Shown: positions 42,859 to 52,989, counted from the stretch's first letter. The stretch is 64,000 bases of DNA from Bacillota bacterium (GCA_029226935.1 JAQXYZ010000066.1:1748-65747); one strand, 5' to 3'. The notes: a model not told the origin generated them from the sequence alone. Made by a program: numbers and translations.

Positions 42859-45555
42859 ATGCCCTGTGGCGATAGAATGTATGAGGTGAGTACCTTGGAT
42901 AAGTATGAATACAAAGTGCGTGCGGATGAAATTAAGTCCCTGATCTCAGAGGGAGAATATGCAGAAGCAGTTAAGATAGCAGATACTATTGACTGGCGTA
43001 GAGTAAAGAGTGTGATGATGCTCTGTACCATCAGTGATTTGTACAAGATAAACAGAAGATATGAGGACAGCAGAGATATTCTTCTTCTTGCTTATGAAAG
43101 ACATTCCGGTGGACGCCTGATAGTCTATTCTTTGTGTGAATTGTCAATTAAACTGGGAGAATATGTACAGGCATTGGAATACTATAAGGAATTTGTACAG
43201 CTTGCCCCTAAGGATAGCGGTAGATATATTCTTCAGTACAAATTATATGAGGCTCAGGAAGTAAGCTTAGAGGAAAGAATCGAAGTTTTAGAGGAGCTGA
43301 AGAAACGGGATTATCGTGAGAAATGGGCGTATGAGCTGGCATATCTCTACCACAGGGTAGGACTTGCTTCCAAGTGTGTGGAAGAATGTGATGAGATGGT
43401 ACTCTGGTTTGGAGAAGGCAGATATGTGCTAAAAGCGCTGGAACTTAAAATGCTCCACGAACCTCTCAGCGAAGAGCAGCAGATTAAGTATGAGCAGATG
43501 AAACAGACAGGCGGATATATGCTGTCTGATTACGCGGCAGACCAGCAGGCGATTCGCGAGGAGGCAGAAAAAGAAACTGAGGATGAGGAGGACAACGAAT
43601 TTAGTCTTCAGGAAAATATTCTTACAGATACCACCAGAGAAATGCCTGCCAAGGAAGAGCTTGATATACAGGTAAAGCCTGTGGATGTCAGCCAGTATAA
43701 TACCATCAACCTTCAAAAAGAATTAGCGGAAAGCATGAAGGAATTCCTGGATCAGAACAAGACACAGGAGATGCCGGAACCTGAAGAAGTTCAGCCACTG
43801 GAACAGGTAAATCAAGAGGCTGTTGAATCAGAAGAAAAATCAATGGATCGGGAGCCTGTTCTGAATCAGAATACGGATGAAATAAAGCTGATTACAAGAC
43901 CGGAACAGAACCCGGAACAGGAGTCAGAGGAAGTCTTTTTTGGAAATACGGAAGAGGTAAATATTCAGGATGTAGTCTCAGAACTGGAGGAGAAAAACAG
44001 TACTGCTGCACATTTTGCTCCTGTAAGTGAGGAAATCAGAGCTGTTTCAGAGGATGCTCCTTCAAAGACAGAGGTCTCAGTACAGGAGTCTTCATTTAAA
44101 GCAGCAAGCCCTGATCCGTCTATCAGCAACACCGGAGTAATCAGAACCTTCCATAAGCCGTCAGGATATGACGATATTCTCTCTCAGGAATATGACGGAC
44201 AGATTTCTCTGGTAGTTCCTGAGGAAGAAAAAATTGAAAAGCAGATTACAGGTCAGCTCAGCATTGACGATATCATGGCAGAGTGGGAAAAGATGAAGCA
44301 GGAAAATGAGCGCAAACGGATGGAAGAAATCCGTAAGCGGGTTCATCAGCAGACGGATACTCTTTTTGCTGATTTTGATGAGTCCACGAAGTCAGGTCTT
44401 TTGGAAGAGCTGGAAAAAGCAATGGTAACTGCAGCGATCAAGGAAGAAAAAGAGAAGGCTGCAATGGAACGACCAAGAGTGGTCAAAGTTGCTGATATTG
44501 AGAATAAAGCCAATACGGCACCGGCAGAAGAGACTTCTAAGAAAACCGTGAAAGAAGAAAGTCCGGAACCGGAGACCCCTCAACCTATAAAAGTAGAGGA
44601 AGAGGTTTCGGAAATCGAAGAAGTGGAAGAAGTTCCAGAGAACGAGGAAATTGCACAGGAAGCTGTTTCGGAAGTGGGGGATATTGAAATTACAGAATCG
44701 GAACCCACAGAACCGGATGCAGATTCAGAGTCTGAAGAAGCTTCGGAGAAGGAACCAAATACTACAGAAGTTTTGGAAAAGGAAGAAGAAAATAAGTATT
44801 CTGTTCGCGAAATGACAGATGGTGAGAGAGAACAGTTTGCTCCCTTTATTCATCATAAGAGAACGAGAAAGCAGATCGTAGAGGCAATTGATAACATCAG
44901 CATGGCATCTTATACCGGTAACGTGATTATTACAGGTGAAGAGGGGACAGGAACAACTGCTCTTGCAAAGTTGTTGGTGAAAGAAGTTCAGCTTTCTGAC
45001 AGCAATTTTTCGGGCAGGGTAGCTAAGATTTCCGGTTCCACCATGAATAAGAAGGATGTTGCGGCTACTTTATCCAAGCTTTCGGGCGGTGCACTGATTA
45101 TAGAGGATGCCGTATCTATGAAAAAGGCAACCGTGGAACAGCTGTTAAAGGAATTGAATCAGGAGGAAAAAGGGCTTATTGTTCTTTTGGAAGATACAAA
45201 AGCTAATATGAATGGATTCCTGACAAAATATCCGAATTTGACAGATGCTTTTAATCTTCGGGTTGATGTGGAGGCTCTGGACGATCAGACACTTGTAAGA
45301 TACGCTCAAAAATATGCGCTGGAGCAGGAATATTCCATTGATGAACTGGGTATTTTAGCGCTGCACACAAGAATTGCAGACATGCAGACCAGTGATCATG
45401 AGGTTACCTTATCAGAAATTGAAGAATTAGTCGATGAAGCAATTTATTATGCGGATAAAAAGACGCCGAAACATTTCTTTGATATTCTTGTAGGAAAGAG
45501 GTATGATGAAGAGGACATGATTGTTTTGCGGGAAAAGGACTTTATGCATTATTAA
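42859..45555 (+). CDS. large protein with a TPR-like N-terminus, a ~400-aa acidic low-complexity linker, and a C-terminal AAA+-like domain with degenerate Walker motifs
   Basis: N-terminal helical repeats ([30 protein letters not shown]). An E/P/S-rich middle region. The C-terminus has [18 protein letters not shown] in place of GxxGxGKT, and GALIIEDA in place of hhhhDEA. Confidence 0.6.
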   Translation: MPCGDRMYEVSTLDKYEYKVRADEIKSLISEGEYAEAVKIADTIDWRRVKSVMMLCTISDLYKINRRYEDSRDILLLAYERHSGGRLIVYSLCELSIKLGEYVQALEYYKEFVQLAPKDSGRYILQYKLYEAQEVSLEERIEVLEELKKRDYREKWAYELAYLYHRVGLASKCVEECDEMVLWFGEGRYVLKALELKMLHEPLSEEQQIKYEQMKQTGGYMLSDYAADQQAIREEAEKETEDEEDNEFSLQENILTDTTREMPAKEELDIQVKPVDVSQYNTINLQKELAESMKEFLDQNKTQEMPEPEEVQPLEQVNQEAVESEEKSMDREPVLNQNTDEIKLITRPEQNPEQESEEVFFGNTEEVNIQDVVSELEEKNSTAAHFAPVSEEIRAVSEDAPSKTEVSVQESSFKAASPDPSISNTGVIRTFHKPSGYDDILSQEYDGQISLVVPEEEKIEKQITGQLSIDDIMAEWEKMKQENERKRMEEIRKRVHQQTDTLFADFDESTKSGLLEELEKAMVTAAIKEEKEKAAMERPRVVKVADIENKANTAPAEETSKKTVKEESPEPETPQPIKVEEEVSEIEEVEEVPENEEIAQEAVSEVGDIEITESEPTEPDADSESEEASEKEPNTTEVLEKEEENKYSVREMTDGEREQFAPFIHHKRTRKQIVEAIDNISMASYTGNVIITGEEGTGTTALAKLLVKEVQLSDSNFSGRVAKISGSTMNKKDVAATLSKLSGGALIIEDAVSMKKATVEQLLKELNQEEKGLIVLLEDTKANMNGFLTKYPNLTDAFNLRVDVEALDDQTLVRYAQKYALEQEYSIDELGILALHTRIADMQTSDHEVTLSEIEELVDEAIYYADKKTPKHFFDILVGKRYDEEDMIVLREKDFMHY

Positions 45556-45571
45556 ACTGGGGGTTTAAGGT

Positions 45572-47491
45572 ATGGATATAGCAGGAAAAAAAGCAGAAAA
45601 TGAAGTTTTTATTTCAGAAGCAGATCAGTATTTATTTGCACAGGGGACACATTACGACATTTACAAAAAGCTGGGGGCACATCCATCTGTACAAAATGGG
45701 CAGAAAGGAATGTTTTTTGCAGTCTGGGCTCCTAATGCAGCAAGTGTCCATGTAATTGGAACTTTTAATAACTGGAATGAAACAGCAAATCCCATGAAAA
45801 AATTGGGACCGGGTGGAATCCATGCAGTATTTGTTCCGGGAGTAGGAGTTCATGAGTTGTACAAATTTCTTATAACAACGCCATATGGTGAAAAGCTGTA
45901 TAAGGCAGATCCTTTTGCTAACAGCGCAGAGCTTCGTCCCGGTACAGCTTCCAGGACAGTGGATATATCCGGGTTTAAATGGACAGACGATGGGTGGATG
46001 AAAGAGCGGGAAGGCAAAGACTATAATCATGAGCCTTTGGCAATTTATGAATGTCATATTGGTTCATGGATGCGTCATCCAAGACCGGATGAAAAAGCAT
46101 TTTACAATTATCGTGAGTTTGCAGACAGAATTGTAGAATATCTAAAGGAAATGAAGTATACCCATATTGAACTGATGGGTATTGCAGAATATCCTTTTGA
46201 CGGTTCCTGGGGGTATCAGGTAACTGGTTATTATGCACCTACCTCCCGCTATGGAGAGCCGGAAGACTTTATGTATCTTGTGAATAAACTTCACAAAAAT
46301 AAAATTGGTGTAATTCTTGACTGGGTACCGGCTCATTTTGCTACAGATGCCCATGGTCTTGGAAGGTTTGATGGGCAGTGTATTTTTGAAGATCCCGATC
46401 CGCGAAAGGGTGAGCATCCTGAATGGGGAACCAAGATTTTTAATTACGGTAAGACAGAGGTAAAGAATTTCCTGATTGCTAATGTGTTATTCTGGATCAA
46501 GGAATTCCATATTGACGGTATTCGTGTGGATGCAGTGGCTTCCATGCTGTATTTGGATTACGGGAAAAAGGATGGACAATGGGTAGCAAATAAGTATGGC
46601 GGTAATAAAAATCTGGAGGCCATTGAGTTCTTTAAGCATATGAATTCTGTTGTGCTTGGTACATATCCCGGATTTTTGACGATTGCAGAAGAATCCACGG
46701 CATGGCCGAAGGTAACAGGAGCAGTAAAGGATGACGGACTGGGATTTTCCTTTAAGTGGAATATGGGCTGGATGCATGATTTTTGTGAATATATGAAACT
46801 GGACCCCTATTTCAGAAAGAATGATCATTACGCACTAACCTTTGCAATGTCCTACAATAGCAGTGAAAATTATATACTTCCTCTTTCACATGATGAAGTG
46901 GTGCATTTAAAGTGTTCTATGATTAATAAAATGCCGGGTTACGAGGTGGATAAATATGCAAATCTGCGCTGTGGTTATACTTACATGTTTGGGCATGCCG
47001 GCAAGAAGCTTCTGTTCATGGGTCAGGACTTTGGGCAGGAGAGAGAATGGAGCGAAGAAAGAGAACTTGACTGGTATTTGTTAGGTGAAGATTTAAACAA
47101 AGGGCTTCACGAATATGTTAAAGAGCTTCTTAATATTTACAGAAAGTATCCCTGCATGTATGAATTTGATAACTGCTGGGATGGATTTGAATGGCTCAGC
47201 TGTGATGATAAGGACAGAAGTACCTACAGCTTCTTTAGAAAATCTTCCACGGGAAGAAATAACCTGTTATATGTTATTAATATGACACCTATGAATTGGG
47301 AAAACTTCCAGCTGGGTGTGCCTAAAAAGAAAAAATATAAATTGCTGCTTTGCAGCACGGAAGAAAGATTCGGCGGTTCAGGAGCATCAATTCCAAAGGA
47401 AATTACTGCAAAGAAGGACAGCTGTGATTACAGGGATTACAGTATTACCTTTGATCTTCCAGCTTATGCAGCTGCAATATTTGTTTTTTAG
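45572..47491 (+). CDS. glgB: 1,4-alpha-glucan branching enzyme
   Basis: GH13 signatures DWVPAHF, GIRVDAVASMLY, IAEESTAWP and LSHDEVVH, with a CBM48-type N-terminus. Confidence 0.95.
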   Translation: MDIAGKKAENEVFISEADQYLFAQGTHYDIYKKLGAHPSVQNGQKGMFFAVWAPNAASVHVIGTFNNWNETANPMKKLGPGGIHAVFVPGVGVHELYKFLITTPYGEKLYKADPFANSAELRPGTASRTVDISGFKWTDDGWMKEREGKDYNHEPLAIYECHIGSWMRHPRPDEKAFYNYREFADRIVEYLKEMKYTHIELMGIAEYPFDGSWGYQVTGYYAPTSRYGEPEDFMYLVNKLHKNKIGVILDWVPAHFATDAHGLGRFDGQCIFEDPDPRKGEHPEWGTKIFNYGKTEVKNFLIANVLFWIKEFHIDGIRVDAVASMLYLDYGKKDGQWVANKYGGNKNLEAIEFFKHMNSVVLGTYPGFLTIAEESTAWPKVTGAVKDDGLGFSFKWNMGWMHDFCEYMKLDPYFRKNDHYALTFAMSYNSSENYILPLSHDEVVHLKCSMINKMPGYEVDKYANLRCGYTYMFGHAGKKLLFMGQDFGQEREWSEERELDWYLLGEDLNKGLHEYVKELLNIYRKYPCMYEFDNCWDGFEWLSCDDKDRSTYSFFRKSSTGRNNLLYVINMTPMNWENFQLGVPKKKKYKLLLCSTEERFGGSGASIPKEITAKKDSCDYRDYSITFDLPAYAAAIFVF

Positions 47492-47498
47492 CAGATGT

Positions 47499-47525
47499 TA
47501 AGAAAAGAAAAAGATATGCCGAAAT
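47499..47525 (+). promoter_or_regulatory. sigma-28 (SigD/FliA)-type promoter match
   Basis: TAAG, exactly 15 nt, then GCCGAAAT, compared with the consensus TAAA-N15-GCCGATAA/T. It lies about 55 nt upstream of the 1012-aa gene that precedes flagellin. Confidence 0.55.
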
Positions 47526-47528
47526 AAA

Positions 47529-47558
47529 GGGTGAACGCAAGATGCGTTTACCCTTTTT
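47529..47558 (+). terminator. rho-independent terminator after glgB
   Basis: GGGTGAACGC, loop AAGAT, then GCGTTTACCC (10 bp, one G-U pair) followed by TTTTT. Confidence 0.65.
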
Positions 47559-47580
47559 ATTGTATGCATGAGGTTATTAT

Positions 47581-50500
47581 ATGAATATTATGCTTGAAGG
47601 AACTAAAACAGGTTCCACCCAAACACATACAAGTGCAGGCAGGGATACAACTATATATCGTACACCGCAGGATACAGAAAAGGTTGAAAATTGCGGTTTT
47701 GCATTAGACATTTCTGGTACAGTTATGGATAACAGCGCTTATGCAGGTCATGGACGGACCACAGAAGAGGTTATGCTGGAAGCAGGGCAGCAGGATATTA
47801 CTGCCCGGCGCAACTATATGGCAGTTATGTCTAATTCTATGTCAGATGAAGATTTTGCAAAGCTACAGAAGGAAGGATTTCATCCCGGCAGTACGGATGT
47901 TGAGACAGTTGTAACCATTGTAGATCATATAAAAGCAGCGCTTATAAAAGGCGGAAATCAGGTAACTGGTTATACAGATACCATTTCTGATGATGTGCTG
48001 AAGAACATTACCGGAAGTGAGACCTTTGCACAGGAGCTTAAGAAGCAGTTTGCACAGAAGGATATTCCTTTAACGGAAGAAAATGTAACTGCTGTAACTG
48101 ATGCATGGAATATGCTGACAGAAGTAGGTTCCATGACAGAGGGCAGCGAAAAATATATGATTGAAAATAGTCTTGCCATTACGCCTGAAAATATATATAC
48201 CTCCCGGTTTTCTGCATCCTATGACAGCAGCAGACAGGGAAAGGGCTATTATGCGGCAGGTGCAGTAGCCGGTTATTATGCCAAAAAACCGGAGGAGATT
48301 GATTTTGAAAAGCTTAAGCCGCAGATGGCAGGTGTAATCGAAGAGGCAGGATATGAAGTAAATGAGGATCGTCTTGCAGATGCAAAATGGCTGGTAGAAA
48401 AGGGAATCCCTTTAAATGTTGATACCTTTTCCCTTTTAAGTGACATTCGTAAGCAGACTTTTCCAATATCTTATCCGGATTTTGTTTCAGCTGTTACCTG
48501 TGCCATTGCTGATGGAACCGCTCCTGAAAAAGCAGATCTTACCCAGAAGCAGACCTGCATTGAACAGGCAGCAGAGCTTGTAGAGAAGCTTAGTGGAATA
48601 GAGAACAGGGCAGCAGACCTTATTATGATGAGAGAGCTTCCTCTTACCATAAAGAATTTACTGGCTATGCAGGATCAGATGAACCATGGTTCCGGTCAGG
48701 TTCTTTTGTCGGAGCAGGGGACGGAGAACACGCATGGACGCCGACTTCTGGAAGAGATCAGGCTATCTATGACGACAGAGGCAAATTTAAAGCTGTTAAA
48801 GAGCGGATATCAGATTGAAACTGCCCCTTTGGAGGAATTGGTTGCCAAATTAAAGGAGGCAGAAATCAGCTATAATAAAGCCCTGACCGGAGAGGTGGAC
48901 GCCGGAAAGGCACAGGAGAAGGCATCACTTTATCAGGAAACGCTTACGGTAATACAGGGAATCTCGTCATCTCCGGCAGCTGTTCTGGCACAAATATCAG
49001 GAGAGGATACCCTAAAAGATATCTATTCTTATGGACTTGACCGAAGTCTTATTTATGAAAAGGCAGGTCAGACTTATGAGACGATGATGACAGCTCCAAG
49101 GATGGATATGGGGGATTCCATACAAAAAGCATTTCGCAACGTGGACACAATCCTTGAGGATATGGGTGTAGCACTTTCAGAAGCTAACAGACGCGGAGTT
49201 CGAATTTTAGGATATAACAATATTGAGATTACTGAAGAAAATCTTGCAGAAATCAGGGATAAAGATGATTTGCTGATTGGTGTAATCAGGGAAATGAAGC
49301 CGGGCCGGGTTTTAAAAATGATTCGGGAAGGAGTAAACCCTTTAAATATGCCGCTGGAAGAATTGAAGCAGTATCTGGGCAATCAAACTGATATTGCCGA
49401 AGAAATAGAGTCCTATAGCAGATTCCTTTATAAGCTGGAAAATCAAAAGGATATCACAGAGGAAGAAAGAAGTGCTTATATCGGCATTTACAGGCTGGTA
49501 CGCCAAATTGAAAAGGGCGATGATGCAGCAATTGGAGCAATCTGGCAAAGCGGTGCTGAATTTACTTTGGGGAATCTTTTGAGTGCAGTAAGAAGCAGTA
49601 AGCGCGGACATATGGATTATTCCATCAATGACAGTTTTGGAGGCGTTGAATCTAAAGGCAAGGGCAGAGAAAAAATTACCGATCAGATTGCAAGAGCATT
49701 TGCCTCCGGTACTGTACCGGACAAAAAGGAAATGGAAGCGCTTGTTGAAAAAGCAGGCAATGAGACAGCCGGAGAAGAATTTGACAGGATGATTTTTGAT
49801 CAGGCACGGAGCGCGGTAAGATCAGAGGATGCGATATATCAATATCTGGAAAATTACGGGCAGACGGTAACAACAGATCATCTCTTGTCAGCAGGTATGC
49901 TTTTGAAAAATCCGAGATCAATTTGGCGTGGTTTTAAAAGCAACTTTGATGTGCAGCCAGCAGATGAGAAAGAAAATTACATTGAAAAAGCGGGTTCAGA
50001 GGTTATCAAAGCTCTGGGCAGCCGGGAAGAAGTACAAACGGCATATGAAGGTTTTAGGGAAAGACTTCAGAATATGCTTAAAGATACAGCATTTACAGGT
50101 TCAAATACCGCGGTGGACGTGAAGGCGATGAGCACCCTTTACAAACACATTTCTTTCTTAAGTTCCATGGCAAGGGAAGAAAATTATGAAATTCCTGCAA
50201 ATATCGACGGATCATTAACCTCTATTAATCTTAAGATTGTACATAGTAATCAGCAGGAAAGTAAGGTTGCCATAAGTTTTGAAACAGAAGAAATGGGAAA
50301 AACAGCGGCAGAATTTAAGCTGACGGAACAGGGGCTTACAGGATTTTGTATTTCTTCCTCTGATGAATGGACACAGAAGATGGAAGAAAGCAGAGAATTG
50401 CTTGAAGAGAAATTAAAAGAAGAGCAGATTCCCGTGGGAGAAATTTATTTTGCAACCGGCAAAAAGCTTAATCTGGAAGAATTTTCACTAAAGGAATCAA

Positions 50501-50619
50501 GTGGTCGACAGGCTCTTGGCAATTCAGGAACTCTTTACCGGGCGGCGAGAGCATTTATTGGATACATACAGGAAACAGGCTTAAAGAAAGGAAATACAGC
50601 TTATGAAAATCAGTTTTAA
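47581..50619 (+). CDS. 1012-aa soluble protein of unknown function, probably flagellum-associated
   Basis: A long ORF behind a GAGG SD, with no TM or signal peptide and a polar, disordered N-terminus. Its stop overlaps the flagellin start by 17 nt. The flagellar role is inferred from context only. Confidence 0.7.
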   Translation: MNIMLEGTKTGSTQTHTSAGRDTTIYRTPQDTEKVENCGFALDISGTVMDNSAYAGHGRTTEEVMLEAGQQDITARRNYMAVMSNSMSDEDFAKLQKEGFHPGSTDVETVVTIVDHIKAALIKGGNQVTGYTDTISDDVLKNITGSETFAQELKKQFAQKDIPLTEENVTAVTDAWNMLTEVGSMTEGSEKYMIENSLAITPENIYTSRFSASYDSSRQGKGYYAAGAVAGYYAKKPEEIDFEKLKPQMAGVIEEAGYEVNEDRLADAKWLVEKGIPLNVDTFSLLSDIRKQTFPISYPDFVSAVTCAIADGTAPEKADLTQKQTCIEQAAELVEKLSGIENRAADLIMMRELPLTIKNLLAMQDQMNHGSGQVLLSEQGTENTHGRRLLEEIRLSMTTEANLKLLKSGYQIETAPLEELVAKLKEAEISYNKALTGEVDAGKAQEKASLYQETLTVIQGISSSPAAVLAQISGEDTLKDIYSYGLDRSLIYEKAGQTYETMMTAPRMDMGDSIQKAFRNVDTILEDMGVALSEANRRGVRILGYNNIEITEENLAEIRDKDDLLIGVIREMKPGRVLKMIREGVNPLNMPLEELKQYLGNQTDIAEEIESYSRFLYKLENQKDITEEERSAYIGIYRLVRQIEKGDDAAIGAIWQSGAEFTLGNLLSAVRSSKRGHMDYSINDSFGGVESKGKGREKITDQIARAFASGTVPDKKEMEALVEKAGNETAGEEFDRMIFDQARSAVRSEDAIYQYLENYGQTVTTDHLLSAGMLLKNPRSIWRGFKSNFDVQPADEKENYIEKAGSEVIKALGSREEVQTAYEGFRERLQNMLKDTAFTGSNTAVDVKAMSTLYKHISFLSSMAREENYEIPANIDGSLTSINLKIVHSNQQESKVAISFETEEMGKTAAEFKLTEQGLTGFCISSSDEWTQKMEESRELLEEKLKEEQIPVGEIYFATGKKLNLEEFSLKESSGRQALGNSGTLYRAARAFIGYIQETGLKKGNTAYENQF

Positions 50620-51697
50620 TGCATCGGCAGTGCTTGCCAATAACTCATTAACCAGAAATGATAACAGATTACAGGATTCTTTAGCCAGACTCTCTTCCGG
50701 TCTTAAGATTGTAAATGCCAAGGATAATCCTTCCGGTCTTGCCATGTCAAAGCGAATGAACGCACAGATTGAAGGAATCAATCAGGCAACACAAAATTCC
50801 GGCGATGGAATATCCATCATTGAGATTGCTGACGGAACCTTAAGTGAAATTCACGATATTCTTCAGAGAATCAATGAACTCGCCGTAAAATCAAGTACGG
50901 GAACACTTACCGATGATGACCGGAAAATGATAAATGATGAAGCTCAGCAGTTGATGGAAGAAGTGGAACGGATGGCAAATGAGGCTGAGTTCAACGGACA
51001 AAACATTTTGGACGGTTCTTTTGATCTTAAAGGATATACAGATAAAGAAAACGTGAAACTGACCTATTGCAGTGAGAACATGAAGGCGGGAACTTATGAT
51101 TATAAGATTGATGTGACTTATAATGATGATGGTACAATTGCAAAAGCAGAAACAGCTGATGGGGAGATCAGCCATATTAATGGGAACAGCATTACTGTTA
51201 CCCGGGGTAAGGACTCCGAAGTAAAGCTTCACATTGAGCCGGAGGCAGGTCAGGCTGCAGGAACAGTACATACGGTAAACACAAGCATACAGATAGAAAA
51301 TTTTGGCGCTATGGATATGCAGATCGGAGCAAACGAAGGACAGCAGCTGTCTATTAAAATTCCTAAAATTTCTCTTGAAAATATTGGAATTTCAGGCGCA
51401 GACTTAAGCACACAGGAGGGTGCTGCAGATGTATTAAGCAAAATGGGGGATGCTGTAAAATTTATATCTTCCGTGCGAAGCCGGCTGGGTGCATATCAGA
51501 ATCGTCTGGAGCATACTATCAACAGTCTGGATATTACCAATGAAAATATGACAGCCGCCTACTCCCGTATTATGGATGTGGATATGGCAGAAGAAATGAC
51601 AGAGTACACAACCGTACAGGTATTATCACAGGCAAGTACATCCATGCTGGCACAGGCGAATGAAAGACCTGCACAGGTATTACAGCTGTTACAGTAA
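50603..51697 (+). CDS. fliC: flagellin
   Basis: N-terminal D0/D1 (LARLSSGLKIVNAKDNPSGLAMSKRM, ILQRINELAVKS) and C-terminal D1/D0 (VRSRLGAYQNRLEHTINSL, QVLSQASTSMLAQANERPAQVLQLLQ). Confidence 0.9.
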   Translation: MKISFNASAVLANNSLTRNDNRLQDSLARLSSGLKIVNAKDNPSGLAMSKRMNAQIEGINQATQNSGDGISIIEIADGTLSEIHDILQRINELAVKSSTGTLTDDDRKMINDEAQQLMEEVERMANEAEFNGQNILDGSFDLKGYTDKENVKLTYCSENMKAGTYDYKIDVTYNDDGTIAKAETADGEISHINGNSITVTRGKDSEVKLHIEPEAGQAAGTVHTVNTSIQIENFGAMDMQIGANEGQQLSIKIPKISLENIGISGADLSTQEGAADVLSKMGDAVKFISSVRSRLGAYQNRLEHTINSLDITNENMTAAYSRIMDVDMAEEMTEYTTVQVLSQASTSMLAQANERPAQVLQLLQ

Positions 51698-51731
51698 ATA
51701 GTGTGAAGAATTAGAAGGAAAGGCTCAGGAT

Positions 51732-52208
51732 ATGACAAAGGAATTAAAACAGCAATATACCCTGAAAATTACTCAGGCAAATAAAACTCAGCTGGTAGTT
51801 ATTCTCTATGAAATGCTTCTCATTTATCTTGATGAAGCACAGAAGGCTCATGAGGAAAACAGCAGAGAAGGGTTTCGGGAAGGAATCAGAAAAGCCAGAG
51901 GCTGCCTTAAAGAACTGATGGCATCTCTGCATTTTGAATATGAGCCTGCCATGAATCTGCTGCAGCTCTATCTGTATGCCAACAGGGAACTTGCAAGAGC
52001 AGATATCAGAAACAGCCTTAAGGAGCTGGATCATGTAAGAATGGTCATGACCAGACTCCATGAGGCATATGCGGCAATCAGTAATCAGGATACCTCCGGT
52101 CCGGTTATGGAAAATACCCAGACCGTTTATGCCGGGCTTACCTACGGAAAAACAGCTCTTACTGAAAATTTATCCGATCAGGGAAGCAGCAGGGGTTTCC
52201 GTGCTTAA
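51732..52208 (+). CDS. fliS: flagellar export chaperone FliS
   Basis: 158 aa with the four-helix pattern QLVVILYEMLLIYLDEA...KARGCLKELMASL...NLLQLYLYANRELARA. It lies directly after flagellin. Confidence 0.8.
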   Translation: MTKELKQQYTLKITQANKTQLVVILYEMLLIYLDEAQKAHEENSREGFREGIRKARGCLKELMASLHFEYEPAMNLLQLYLYANRELARADIRNSLKELDHVRMVMTRLHEAYAAISNQDTSGPVMENTQTVYAGLTYGKTALTENLSDQGSSRGFRA

Positions 52209-52496
52209 AGGTGCAGAATGTGTACTTTCTTCGGGCAGCAGGCTTAAGGCCGCTGCCTGTTCTAATAAAAATTTATAACGTTTCATGACAGAATTTAACT
52301 CATAAATATAACAGTCAATTAAATCAGGCTCTGTTACATTATCAAATCCTGCATATGCGACTTCTAAAGCTCTTTTTGTTTTTTCCAGATCAGACAGCAG
52401 GGCATTTCGCTCAATCTCTTTTTCTGATAAGGTTCGATTTGTGCGTGAACTTTGGCTAAAATACATTTTCATAATTTTCAGATCTTCCTTTTCCAT
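52170..52496 (-). CDS. yaaL: DUF2508 (YaaL) family protein
   Basis: Core ALEVAYAGFDNVTEPDLIDCYIYELNSVMKRYKFLLEQA. The 3' tail overlaps the end of the convergent fliS by 39 nt. Confidence 0.7.
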   Translation of the reverse strand: MEKEDLKIMKMYFSQSSRTNRTLSEKEIERNALLSDLEKTKRALEVAYAGFDNVTEPDLIDCYIYELNSVMKRYKFLLEQAAALSLLPEESTHSAPLSTETPAASLIG

Positions 52497-52638
52497 AACA
52501 GATAACCTTATTACATACTATTCACGGATTATCCAATAATTACCTTTATGCTATGAGTATAAGCAGAAAAAATCTTCTTTATTCCGTCATAAGTAAAAAA
52601 ACTGGGACATATATTGAACGGAAGAAGGGAGTGATTTT

Positions 52639-52911
52639 ATGGATACATATATGAGCATTTATATGATAGTCGGAGTTCTGGCTTTGGTGCTGTTAATTGG
52701 TGTTATGAAGAGCAGGGCAGAGTGGATCATCAATTTTTTTCTGCGTGGAATCATGGGACTCATGGTAATTTATTTCCTGAATTTTTTGCTTGCAGACTAT
52801 GTACCGGGAGTGTGTATAGGGTATAATTTCGTCACTTTTTTAACGAGTGGAATCCTTGGTTTTCCAGGGGTTGCGATGCTATATGGCATAAATTTTTATA
52901 TGCTTTTGTAA
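52639..52911 (+). CDS. bofA: pro-sigma-K processing inhibitor BofA
   Basis: 90-aa two-TM protein ending in GILGFPGVAMLYGINF. It neighbours yaaL, as in Bacillus. Confidence 0.75.
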   Translation: MDTYMSIYMIVGVLALVLLIGVMKSRAEWIINFFLRGIMGLMVIYFLNFLLADYVPGVCIGYNFVTFLTSGILGFPGVAMLYGINFYMLL

Positions 52912-52947
52912 AAAGTTAACAAAGTTGAAAAAAATAAAGTTAACTAC

Positions 52948-52976
52948 TTTACAAGTATTAAAATCTTTTTTATAAT
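52948..52976 (+). promoter_or_regulatory. sigma-A promoter for the Tad operon
   Basis: TTTACA, a 17-nt spacer, then TATAAT, about 160 nt upstream of the first Tad gene. Confidence 0.5.
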
Positions 52977-52989
52977 TCATTCTACAAAC

